From the NCBI GenBank assembly GCA_028534125.1, contig CM052816.1, positions 38,752,001-38,816,000 of the forward strand: a DNA stretch of 64,000 nucleotides, written 5' to 3'. This stretch comes from Lama glama. Lineage: Eukaryota. A program made the position numbers and the translations under genes. The notes under the pieces were generated by a model. That model was not told where the DNA came from. It did not search any database and was given only the letters and a program-made list of their open reading frames with translations. Shown piece after piece: positions 39,433 through 52,060 of the stretch; position 1 is the first letter of the stretch; each line of letters begins with the position of its first letter.

Positions 39433-42276
39433 TGGTTGCACTAGTCATGTCTGACCCTGATCTCTCTCTGGAAATGTCTAAACAGGGTCTCACTTCATTA
39501 GATAGCACTTTTCTGTTATCTTCGAATAATACAGTAGAATGAAAGAGATATGAGAATATCTAAAGACGCTTGGAACTGAGCTGCATATTTTATTTTTTTG
39601 ATTCTCAAGTCAACAAAAGGGAAGTATTTAAAATTTCAAAGCAACTATATATCAATTTAAAAACAAATAGATAAATTGTTTTTCATTTAAAAAATTTTCA
39701 AGAGCAAAGAAGTGAGCATGCAATTTCTGTCACACCAAGCATATTTAAGGGCTCATTCTCTTCTAAAGTTTCATTTTATTAAAAGGCTCATCTAGCAAGC
39801 CAAATTTTGGTGACCAAATTTTGGTGACAGAATCATTTGGATTTGTTTTCTCTTTGGCTCAAAGTACCAAAAGGGCAGCTATTGAAAAGTCTAGCAGCTC
39901 AAAGCTGCAGCAGGTGTGTGGCTTGCTGCTTCATTGGATTTTAACACAAATTTATGTCTCAGTTTATATAAGAATATGTTGATTAGCTCTGTCTTAGTAA
40001 CTGAATGAACAGAGAACTGCTCATCCACATAATCAAATCTGTTTATAAATAAGTGAGCTGTTTTAACAGTCTCATGCAGGCTGATAAAAACAGAGATGAC
40101 TATAATTTAAAAGCCAACCTTCATATCTTTACATGATAAGGCATGATTACATATCCTACATGGACAGCTACTGCTCAGGAATAAACAAAATAAAGATAAA
40201 TCTTTGGGCCCAGGAATATGTATATGTTACATTTATAAATATTAAAGTATAACTGAATATTTAAGGCCAAGGATATATAGGAAATCAATGAATTATTCTA
40301 ATTTTTATGGTTAGCTTTTCCTCCATTCAAAGTCAAATGTCACACAAATTTATTCAAAAAATGAATGCAAACATACTTAAGGGATTTTGAAATATGACAT
40401 GTGAAAGAAGGTATTCTATATCCTGAGTTAATCTATTCTATTCTAAAGTTTTCATCATTTTTATTTCAAAAAACAAGATGTCCTGTAATTTTCTCATATC
40501 ATTTACATTCCAATTTTATCATTACATAATATTCCCACATTATCATCCCCTTTATTTTCACACACGAAAATTGTAGTTATTCAATCAACATGATCTGTCT
40601 TTCTAGTACCTCCTTCCCTACTGTGGGCCACTTGTCCATGTCACATTTGCCCACCTATCCACAACTCCATCCTTTAGAAATTCTGCCCACCCTACAAGGT
40701 ACAGTCTGATAACCTTCCTTTAATCCTTCCCTTCCCTACAGCCAGAATCACTCTCCTTCCTCTGAACTATCTTCTTTCATCATGAGTCCCATATCTTATT
40801 CATCTTTCTATCCCCATTATGTCTAAAATTGGATCTTGCTCACGACAGAGGAACAATTATTTTAAATTAATCCAACTCAATAAGTGAGTAATAAATGGAT
40901 AAATGCATCTGAAACTATTTAAGTAATGTGAATTTATATTGAGTGACTAACAAAATTATATTTGGTACATAAACTAAAAACTACAAAAACAGGCTTTAAA
41001 TATATTTGAGGTTTGTTCTTGACTATCTGCAAGAGACTATGGTGTCGCATGCTTTGTCAGTATACCACCCCTGACCATTTCTACACAAGTTAAACAAATA
41101 CTGGAGCTAGAAATCTATTGTTGCATTTGTCTGTGTCTCAGCTAACATTTATGCTCTTCCAGTACCAAGAGAGCAGAGGTGGGAATGGAGGGCCAAGGGC
41201 AAGAACCATTAGGAATGAGTCTCCAGAGAAAATCAGTGAAAGCAAAAGAATCCTTCTTCTTAGGAGCTTTGTATAACTGACCTTCAGCAGCAGTCCAGGT
41301 GGTTACTGCTGGACATGAGGCGGGCAGTACAAAAGAGGTTTCACTTAAAATTTTTTAAGAGAAATACATTGGGAGCAACTGTAGTATATGAGAAGAAATT
41401 AAGAGAGGTGCCTTGTTGTTGTTGTTGAAGGATGATTTGGTGATCTTCAAACCCTACCCTCTTCATGATACTTGAGAAAGGCAAATAAAGGACTTATGCT
41501 TTTCTAGAAAGTACATTTTGGTTTTCAAATGGTGCTGCTTAACTCTGCACCCTTTAAAGACTGAACGACTGAAAGACTTGGGTATGACTTTATTCAGGTT
41601 TCAATTACCTAAACAGGGCCATAAAGAAATACTTGGAAGCTAATACAGAAATATACTCTCGTTTCTTTTACTGGCACAGACTTCCATACAATCCAAGAGA
41701 CCCCCCAAATACATAGAAAACCCTAAAATGCTATGAATGAAACTGTCATATGAAATTTTACTTGCCCCCCTATAAGTTTGATTCCACATGTAACAGCATA
41801 GAGAGTTTTCTAGGAATGTATGTTTTGAAGCAACTTCTTTGAGGCACAGAGAGACAACAGTGATTTTGCTCCCGTGCTTGGAATTTTGAAATCCCTTGAA
41901 GAGGATTCTAAAGCTAATTTCAACCTTATGTGGCTTCATCTTGACCCCTAAAAACCAATACATAAGTCTCAAAAACAATGATTTTTTTCTGTACTTCTCA
42001 ACAGAAGGATTCATAGTGCTCTCTCTAGTATACAGACCCCCACAGCATAGGCCCTCACGCAATGCCTATTTTGTTTATGATACTTCAGGACTATATAAAT
42101 TCTTCCTAAGAGAACTGTCCAACAAACTTAGTTACTTGTTTTCAAGGAAGACACTCTGCTTTACAGTACAGCTTTCAGCCCTGAGCACATTTGGTTGCTT
42201 TCTCACCTTGGCATCAGCATGCGCACAGCTTTCCTGACAGAACATAATGCATATTATCACCATTTCTACTCCTCAG

Positions 42277-42444
42277 TCACCTCTGAAGATGGCTGTTCTA
42301 TGGATCTTGGCTTTCGAGTTGGTGTTGAAGAAAAAGGATTCTACACAGAGAATTTCCACTCAGCAGCATGGGTTTTCCGAGGGGATGATGGGAATCCTGA
42401 GGACAGTCCCAGATGTCTTAGTAAAAAACCCCGACCAGTAACTG
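42277..42444 (+). CDS. PDZPH1: PDZPH1 coding exon (pre-PDZ linker)
   Basis: tttctactcctcAG acceptor, CTG|GTAAGG donor. 168 nt, phase 1-1. (I)TSEDGCSMDLGFRVGVEEKGFYTENFHSAAWVFRGDDGNPEDSPRCLSKKPRPVT. Confidence 0.9.
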
Positions 42445-44532
42445 GTAAGGACCCTACAATTATGGTAAAATTTCTATGTCTTAGAGAACCTATAACTAGG
42501 CAAGTCTCTGAAGCTGGCAAACTTGCACACTGGGTGGAGTATCTGGAGAGAAGTATGCATATGTGTGTGTATATATATGTGTGTGTGTACATATGTACAT
42601 ATATATACTTCTTAATACCGTGAAAGAATCTGAAACTATTAAAATAAAGCCTGTCTTAAGTGCTCACTCAAAAATAAAATAGTAACTCCAACTTTCGAGT
42701 GAAGATTAACGTATGAAGAGTCAAGAGTCTTTTTCATTCTAAAAGTTAAAATGTACTATTTTTTAAAAATGTACTGGAGAATATACACAAGTAACAAATT
42801 ATCATTTACTGTTCCAACACTGAAATATGACCATCTTATTATTTCTGCGTTGTCTCTTCATTACATACAGGTCCAGTCCTGTTTTTAAACGTATATGGAA
42901 TACACATTTCATATTATCATGTAGTTTGATATAGAAGATTCTATAGCCTGCTTTATATTTGATAATGTAGTTATTTAATAGTTATACTTTCATTTAATAA
43001 AATGTTTTCATGTGTTTTTGCAGATAGCATTAATATTCTAATAACTTCATGATTTTTTAAGAGATTAAAATTTAGTTTACTAAAGATGCATGTTTTTAAC
43101 TATGTGATTTACTTCCCTAATACAACAACAGCATAATGATTAAAAAAAAAAAGTTACACCTGAATTACAACTTTCTTTGCTGCAAAATCTAAGGTGTAGA
43201 GCTTTTGAAAACTTCTGTTTTATTGGTATAAATCAATGACTTTGATGAATAGTAAACAATTTAACTCAAGCAAGCAAAGATTCAGGTTGAAAATAATGTT
43301 TTAAATTAATTATACAACAATTCATTCAACAAACACCATACCTACTATGGCCTAGGCATTGGGGGAAGTTGCTTAAGATACACAGAGAGAAGTGACAGGT
43401 ATGAATATGATAGATTCTACAAAAAAGGTACTTAACATTTCAGTACAGGCATCAAAATGTGCTTAGTTTTATCTAAATCCCACTTATTCAGACAAGATTA
43501 ATTGTTGTTCTATAGAAGATCATCATTTGTTTTATCTGTAGAGCAAAATAGCCTTTCTTAATTTTTTCTTATAAATGTGAAATTTAGCATTGGGGGATTT
43601 TAATGAGGAAAAGCTGTAAATCTAAATGAATTCCTGTACACATGCATAAGACAACATAAGGTTTGTATATTGCATATTTACAATGTTTATGTGTATTTAT
43701 TTCATAATATGAATTAATTGAAGTTAACCATTCATTGAGAAGTAAGCATGAGATCCTGAATCTAAGACTTAAGGAATTCAGAGCGGAATTTTTTAAAATT
43801 AAAATAGATGCTGAGGATCTAGCAATAAACTTTTTGAAAAGAAAATTTTCTATAGTTAACTTTTATTTGAGTAATAGGATGGCATAGGAAAAAGACACCA
43901 GGCTGAAAGCAAGATTTTCAGGATTAGGATCTCTGTTTGTTCATTGATGTATTCAAAGCACCAAGGACACTGCCTGCTCCTGAATGTATGAACAAAGAGG
44001 CATGGATTTCAGTATTCAGTAATTTACCAGCTATGTGACTTTGGGAAAGTTACTTATTACCTCTGCCTACCTTACAGGATTATAAAAAAATGAAATGAGA
44101 CTATAGATGTGAACATTATAATGGTGAAAATTATAACGTGAAAGTTAAAATTACTATTTCTATCCACCTTGACTATTTCTATCTCCTACCCTTATTTTCT
44201 AAATTTTTATGAAAATTTTGACTGAATGTTAAATATATATTAATAAATGTCTGTATATATATATTTATATAAATTATAAACAAGTGCTATTACATAATAT
44301 ACTTACTAAATTGGCCAATATGTATTGACTTTGTGGCAGGCAACTGCAAAGGTAAGATGAATAAAACATCATTCCTCCCTCACAGTATCTTGGCTAACCC
44401 CCAAGAAAGGCAATTATCATTACTTCCACAACTGTTTACGGTCATCCAAGAATAAGCATTTCATTGATTCACTATTATTTGCTTTAGTTTTTTACAAAAT
44501 GAAATTTGTTTAATTTTGCCAAAAATTTTGTA

Positions 44533-44562
44533 TACACACACACACACACACATGCATACACA
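44533..44562. repeat. (CA)n microsatellite
   Basis: tacacacacacacacacacatgcatacaca. Confidence 0.9.
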
Positions 44563-46188
44563 GAAAAAACACAAAGAATGTATGTTTAAATGTGGCAAGT
44601 GAGTTTTATGATACTATTCATTGGACTGAACCTCAGTTCAAGAATGTGCTAGTTGTTCTTTCTTACTGTTACTTAAACTTCAAGCGTTACATATCCCAGA
44701 TGCATGCTTTTAACTATGTGATTTTTGAGAGATCAATAGAAGATGGAGATTGAAAGGAAAGATGAGTTGGAGGAAAATGAATAACTTTAAAACTGAAAAA
44801 TGTCTTTGTTAACCTAATGACATTTTAAATGTATTGCAATACTATTTTATATCTATCTGTATGTATTTTGTGAGAGTAAACTTAACACTTTAAAAAAATT
44901 CAGTCCTTAATCTCCTAGAAAATGCTCTTCTATAATTTGGAGAAATAGATAAACAAAGTCTGGCATCACTACAAAAGTGTATTGCTGGAACTACAAGAAA
45001 ATTTTAGGGCATTTTCATTATATGAGAAGTGTTATAGTATGGAAATAAGTACCCTTCATTTGAACTTTTACATCTAACAGTATGATTCCAAGGAAGTGTT
45101 ATTTGAAGGGATAAATTACTTGAAGATGTGCCCACACGGTCTCTGAAAAGACAATGACATTCAATTGTGGCTTTTCAGCAGCTGTGTAGCACTCATAGAT
45201 TATCCACTAGACAGGAGCAAGGGAAACCAGGACTATAAATCTTAAAATATGAGAAAATTGTCTTCAGAATGGGAGGGGAACAAGTTGCAAAACATTTTGA
45301 TTGTCTCTTCTCCCACAGGAGAGCACTACAGTTGAGCTCACCATTTAAAGACTTTATTGAATTGTTTATACTTTCACATACATTGTTGACATTCAATTTG
45401 CCTGATTGGGAAAACAAAACAAAACAAAAAAACACCATCACCACCACAGCCTTGAAAGCAAGAGCTGTCTTAACAGTCTCATGTAACACGAAAACAAGAT
45501 ACAAACATGATTTGATTTGAATAAACACAGTAAAAATACTCCATTAAACAAATATGTGTTGGGAGATCAACTTGTCAAAAGCAGAAGACAGTATCAAGAG
45601 GGGGACCCATAGGGAGCAAAAAGTTTGGACAAGTGGGGTTGTTAGAAATGATTTCTGCAGAGGTCAGAAACAGGATTTCTGATTTTCTTTTTGCCCTGAT
45701 AAGCTACCAGCCTGTTGCAGACTGCAAAATATTCATTTGCCCTTGAATTTCCCAGTTCTGTCCCTTAAATTATACTGAGATCCAGTAAGTGGCAGTCCAA
45801 ACAGTCATGTAAAACGACTGCCCAAAGGGAATCATATTAACAAATGACAGAGATCCTACCAGGCAGAAAGAATGGAGCAGAGCAGAGAAAATTAGGGCTG
45901 GAATACACTAATGCCTTCACAGCAACTTTGGTGTGCTTTTCCTGATATTGTTTTAACCAGCAGAAAAACAGTGTATTTTCTTCAGGCATTTTGGGATAAC
46001 AAACATTCCTTCAGGAATCTACATGAAGAGACTTTATCCTTTCTTTCTTTGAATGTTTTCCAATTTGGGTAGCCAGTATCTAGGATGTAAGGTCCATGAG
46101 GTAAAGTCTCTTGTCTGTCTTCACCACTACAGTCCTAGTACATAGGAAAACTCTTGGGCACATAGTAGGTACTCAGTAAATGGTTGTT

Positions 46189-46340
46189 TTCTAAAAAAAA
46201 TATTTTATTCATTTATCATCATATTATCTAATTATTTTATTTTGGCAGGGGGTGGGGAAAGTAATCGGGTTTATTTATTTTTGAACCCAGGACCTCATCA
46301 TGCTAAGCATGTACTCTACCACATGAGCTACATCCTCCTC
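46189..46340 (-). mobile_element. tRNA-derived SINE, Vic-1-like (camelid), inserted in an L2 3' end
   Basis: Reverse complement reads GAGGAGGATGTAGCTCATGTGGTAGAGTACATGCTTAGCATGATGAGGTCCTGGGTTCAAAAATAAATAAACCCGATTACTTTCCCC...A-rich tail (A box, truncated B box). Degenerate TSD cagtaaatggttgtt (46174-46188) / cagtaagtgcttatt (46341-46355), 12/15 identical. Confidence 0.8.
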
Positions 46341-48229
46341 CAGTAAGTGCTTATTAATGAATAACTTCTGCTATTAGGCTACAATGGATTTATCAAAGAT
46401 GGATTGCTTGTTTCCTTGTTTTTATCAGATATTTATATTCCTTAGCTGACCAAGGAGATGGTCACATCCAAGAACATCCAGAAAGACCGCCTAGCCTTTT
46501 ATTATCTTTGTCACTTCTTTTAGGAAACTTAATTTAAAAACCACATTGATTTAACTCAGAATATCTGAGAATAAGTTTAATAAAATAATGGCAAATCTTT
46601 TTACAAACTATGCAAAATAGTATGTAAATTTATAATAATAATATCTATCCAAATATCAGGGACTCACACCCAGACCATCTGTCAGCAATGGCAAAGAAAG
46701 AGATTCCTCATCAAGTGGGAAGTGGGCAAAGGTCCTTTCCACTCAAAATACAATTAAGAGTTTCCTCCTAATTGCTTCTAATTTTACCCATATTTTACCT
46801 ACATTAAGCTTTTTTTTTTTTTTTTTGAGTGTGAGCATTTGAACGTGAACCTTGAGGGTGCAACCCTGCAAAGAAGAAATGTCCTTGATCTCCAACCTGG
46901 AGGAAGATCTAAATCTTTCAGAGAATTGAGAACTGAGATATGAAAATATAGAAGGATTGAAAAGAAGCTGCAAAGTACATTACCCATAAGTTCTAATGTA
47001 TTCCTATTTTTAATGAAAGGGAATTATATTAAATTATAATTTTAAGGTGTTAATTTGCCTTTCCCTTATTAATAGATGAGCATTCTTATTTTATAATTAA
47101 TATATCTGACTTTTTACTAATAATTCACTTCTGGATCTCAGGAAGTTTATCATTATACTTTATTATGATTTATTCTTTATCATTTTTAGATACTCATTAG
47201 CATATAGAAGAAAAAATTCCACCCATAAAGTATGCCAATCTAAATGTTGGGGGACAGATTAATTCTCCCCAGTACTGCATTAGTACTTCTCTCTCATGAA
47301 CTTGACCTTTAATACAACCAAATACCCAATATTTTGAAGATTTTATTGTAATTCTTCATTGGATAATGTTGTCAGCACTTAAAAAGTGATCCTTCAGAGA
47401 TAACTTAAGCCTGTGAGATGTTTTATTTCAGTTTTGTACTCTAGCATGATTTTTTTTTCTAAATAACAAGCAAGATATAAATATACCGTAAAAGACAAAA
47501 CATGTACCATGGCCACATCTTCTTTTATGTAAATTGTCCTTCCACAAAAAGAATTCTTGCAGAGATGTGTTTTCTGCCTTGGAATCCTGCTCTTTCCTCA
47601 TCCCTACAGAGTAATAGCCTAAAGAGTTACAAGTTTCGACCTGTGAGGTTCTCTCTTTCAGGAATTCAGCCCGGGAAAATGCCCTTGCTAGTGGGCACAG
47701 AAGTTAAGATGTCTTGAGGTAGAGAAAAGTCAAAAGAACCTGTGAGTTAGCTGAAGTTATGAATAAGCCAAACTTGTTAGCAAGAGGAAGCTGTGAGGAA
47801 GAAATACACACACACTCACACATCTATACATACACATACCGAAAAGACAGTATAAAGGCACCAGGAGGGAAAGAGAGAAGATACGTACAAAAGCAGGCTG
47901 AGAAACAGCTGGGCCACACTAATTAAGGATTATTAGGCAAATGTGAAAATTCTTCAATTTTTACTGTGAAACCTCTAGAACTCCACTTTCAATGCAGCGT
48001 AACCTTACAGTTACAATTTATGCAAAGCCCAGCTACTCCTGTTTTTTCTAGATTTCCTAGATTCTTTTAAGACATAGATGTATGGCTGAGGATTCTGTTT
48101 TCTTACTTCCATGTATATTATAACCTTGTAATAAATGCTCCATTGTTTACGGAGCTGAGTGCCTCAGACCTGTAAGGGTCAGGTATCTTTTGGGAGTCAT
48201 GCTGCCTTGGGGTAGCAAGCACTGCCCTG

Positions 48230-48410
48230 TACTCATAATATAACTCAGATGAGTTATGTAACTTCTCCATGCTTCAATTTTCTCCTCTCCAAAAAAGGAA
48301 TATTAATTATAGGCTGATGTGAAGATTAAAATTAGATAATACTTGCACTTAGAATGTATTTATTAAGCCTGGCATGTAATAAACAAGCAATAAATACTAG
48401 CTACATTTAT
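48230..48410 (+). mobile_element. MIR remnant
   Basis: agttatgtaacttctccatgcttcaattttctcctct...gtgaagattaaa...gcctggcatgtaataaacaagcaataaatactagct. Confidence 0.7.
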
Positions 48411-48471
48411 AATCGTATTTGTAGAATCTAAAGATTAACTCAAAAGAATGTCCTCTTTGCTTCTTCTTTAG

Positions 48472-48573
48472 TTCGTGAGCGAACCGTGAAGCTAGTCAAA
48501 GGAACTGGCGATTATCCCTGGGGATTCCGAATTCAGTTCTCCAAACCAATCGTGGTAACCGAAGTGGATGCTA
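48472..48573 (+). CDS. PDZPH1: PDZPH1 coding exon, N-terminal half of PDZ domain
   Basis: Long pyrimidine tract plus AG, CTA|GTAAGT donor. 102 nt, phase 1-1. (V)RERTVKLVKGTGDYPWGFRIQFSKPIVVTEVDA; PWGF is the GLGF-equivalent loop. Too short to appear in the ORF track. Confidence 0.92.
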
Positions 48574-50319
48574 GTAAGTTATCTCACTATAGCACTTTAA
48601 ATTCAGATGAGAACAACTACCTCAAACCTTGCACAATATGCTAAATAACTTCCAATATTACAGTCCTATAAAACACACATATGCACTAGAAGAATTTTCT
48701 AAATCTCAGTCTTATTAAAAAGTCTTGATGACTAGCAAGTGCCCACATCATGATCAAATATTTTCTAAAGAACTATGCTTTCCTGATGGAAGGCACACTT
48801 CTCTAATCATAGGGTGTCCTACCTGTACTTACAGAAACGGGGCTCAAGCTTGGAGATATGAAGGGTCTTATGAGTGGGCAGCTGTCAATTTATTAGTATT
48901 TAATAGTTTACAGGAAGAGTCCCATTCCCCCTAAATTATTTTCTTTATGGCTTCTCAGATTTCCTGTTTCCTAACAAGCAAATTACGAGTTAGTAGATGC
49001 CTAATGAAAAATAGATGCTTTGCTCCATGATCTACAACATGAGAATAATCTGACAACAATGCTTTGAAAAAACTTAGATCTAGAACACTAAGGTTAGTAG
49101 GAATATAAGATAAATATATCCACACTCAGCATGGTGCATTAGGGGAGGTCTGATGAGGTTGTCACAGAAGGAGGCCCATGGCCACTAAGGGTTTCTGAAT
49201 TACATTGTAGTCCCAACTGGACCGTGAATTCTCCAAGGTCTGAAACTGTATCTTATCCATTATTTTATCCTCAATACTTCATGCAGTGTTCCAAAGGCAG
49301 CAGAGCAGATGCCCCCCAAATGTTTGTTGAATGACTACAAGAGCCCTAGGTACCTGAAGTCTGGAGCAGTGTGGACAGAGAGGAAGTGAGGTGTACCTCT
49401 CAGGAGGATTATACTCCTTCCTGCTTTGCCCTGGTACCCTAATCCCTTCTCTGTCACCGTTATCACCCAGGGTCACATTTCATTTTTCTTTGCTGGTCAG
49501 CACTCAGGTGTCTCCTCTGTTGTACTCGCTGTGATTCCACAGGGAATGTACTCCCTTGTCAGTAAAGAAATAGATGACTACTCCGCTCTGGTGAAGTCCA
49601 GAGGGGTGACAGTGGCAGCCAATGAAATTGTTGCCCCCTAGCCTAGCATTTCACACTCATAGGTGACACCAGTGGGTTGGAAGCGGTGTGCACAGACAAC
49701 CACCTACTTTTTATACAATCAGAATTTTCTAATCAACTCTCAGTGCATGGGAATACAGGAAGTAAGTGTTGAGTATCTAGATAGAATGTGAGATATTCCT
49801 AGTGTAGCATGGAAGTAAGGTTTTTCAGTTTTAGGACCTGTCTTAAGGAAGCAGCTTCTCACAGGTTATCACTTGTGCCAGGTGACTAATGGCACGGACT
49901 CTGAATTGTAGGGGCTCAGCCTACTTTGAATTAAGCATGAGGGGAGTGTCTGAGTGCTAGGTAACCTAGACATCTATTTCACACTCACTGATGTTTGTAA
50001 GGAAAGAAATCTGCTTACTTATTTATAATATCAAAATAGAAACTACATTCACCTTAAGTGTAAAAGCCTGTGATGCTGCAGGAGAGAAAGAAGTGCACAT
50101 TCGCAGTATGAGCAGGTGCTTTATGTGTTCTCCCATGTAATTTATACAACAGAACCTGAAGCTGCATATTATCGTTTTCATTTAACAGATGAATATATTA
50201 AGGCTCAAACTGGCCAAACAACTCACCTAAGTTAATATAGCTGTATCATGGCAACTCCAGGATTCAGATCTTAGAATTTCTACCTCTAGAGCCAGAGTTT
50301 TTTCCCTGTGACTTATATG

Positions 50320-50760
50320 AGTTAGGACTCTGTCACAACTAGTAAGAAATTTGACTCAAAATGGTTTAAGCAATAAAGAGGATTGATTGACTCACAAAAG
50401 CTGAAGGTTCTGAGACAGCACAGGTATTTGATTTGTTTCGTAGGTCAGTATTTAATCAAAGGCACAATTTCTTGCAGCTCCTTGACCCAGACTTCCTTAG
50501 CGTTACCAGCTTTTCATTTGGACCCCAAACAATCTTAGAAGTTCTAGTTTTCCCATCCCACATCAGTGTCATAAAGAGAGAGGGGATTGGTTTCAATCCT
50601 CAAATGTCCTCTTGTTTCTGTGTCCCTCGGGGACCACTGTGAGCTGTTTCACGTAAGCCAGACGGAAGGGGAATGGCAGTATCCTGGCTGAGTTACGAGG
50701 AAACCAGGGTCTACCCTGGATCTTAGGTGGAGTAACGCTTCTTTACCTTCCCAAAGTACC
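50320..50760 (-). mobile_element. MLT1 (ERVL-MaLR) LTR remnant
   Basis: gagttaggactctgtc...gactcaaaatggtttaagcaataaagaggattgattgactcac...ctgaagg. Confidence 0.55.
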
Positions 50761-51599
50761 AATAATAATGGAAAAGAGATGGAGACGTGAGAGGACCTCA
50801 AGGAACTCCACCACCTTGCAGCCTCAAGTGACACTCTGCACCCGGTAGTCACAACAAACAAATAAAACATCACCCAGGGTACACAAAGGTGGTGTTTTGT
50901 CTTTTCTTGATGTACTATTACTTGCATCTTATCTCATTCTTTAGAAATCCTATTATTCTTATCAAAGAATTCCCTTTGAACGTTTCATGACTTGCTTTAA
51001 CTAGTTTATTTTCAACTGTTAAGAAAAATATTCACTACATTAAAAATAACATCAACTCTTCTTAGCTATATAGTTGAATTGACATCGTCTCAGATATTTG
51101 ACTACGACTGAGCAGGATCCAGCTGGTGCATTATATAAAATAACTTTTTCTTAATACCCTCGATTAAGCTTACTTTGAAGACCCATTCTTTCCTGCTCTG
51201 TGTGCATTCTGGGATGGATCCTAATTTCCTGTAGTCTCTCTTAGACAAAAACACTGTTTGTTTTGTCATTAAAAGTTCAGTGTAGTCTAGTAATCACAGA
51301 ACTACAAGTCAGTCTAGTGTAGTAACCAAATTTTCTGAATTCTTATCTTATCTCTCCTTCTTCAGCTTGAGCCCCAGGCTTGCAAGAATGGATTGTCTTC
51401 ACTAGTCCCAACCTCTATTTTTCATTCATTAGAAACCCCACCTTTATACCTTCAAATGCCCTCTAATTTTTACTGTTCCTCCTTTCTTCCTTCTCCAATT
51501 GAAAGCCAATCATTCTACTTTCTCATGACTTAGAAAAATACTAGTAAGTTGATAACAGATGCAAATTTCTCTAAGGTAATAAAAGAAATTCTTTTTTTC

Positions 51600-52060
51600 T
51601 CAGTTCCTGTCGTCTGAGAAATAGAGACCCAATGCAAAAGTAGATGTGCGAAAGATTGGTGGAAATGACTCTGGCAGACTAAAGAGAGCATGAGTAAGCA
51701 GAAGAGCATTCAGCCCACAATGCAGGTGTGGCACCTGTGAAAGGAGAAAGAGCAGGAAGCAGGACTGGGTTGGAAGAACCTCAAACTGCAGTGTAGCTAT
51801 GAGATATTCTGAGACAAACCCAGAGCAAAAAGTGCCCATTAGGGAAGTCCCCCTCCCTGGCCAGAAACAGCTTGGTTCCAGTTACTCCTCCAAATTCAGT
51901 CACTGGCTGGGAGTACTGACTTCTTGGGGACAATGGAGCCTTAGCTTGAGGCAGGATGACCCAAAAGTGTGCCGGTTGAAGGCTTTCACTCAGTTACTAT
52001 CCTCACAGTAGTGTCTCTTAAAGGTATATCGGGCAGTGGAGATCTAAGACCTCCATAGAG
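51600..52060 (-). mobile_element. ERVL-class LTR remnant (LTR16-like)
   Basis: cctgtgaaaggagaaagagcaggaagcaggactgggttggaagaacctcaaactgcagtg...gagcaaaaagtgcccattagggaagtcc. Confidence 0.5.

Noticed and set aside
41640..42237. Overlapping 140-aa (-) and 113-aa (+) ORFs
   Set aside because: Intronic, no recognisable motif and no phase-consistent splice sites; the real exon starts at 42277.
46270..46340. tRNA-like sequence on the - strand
   Set aside because: It is the head of a SINE with a truncated T-arm, A-rich tail and TSD, not a tRNA gene.
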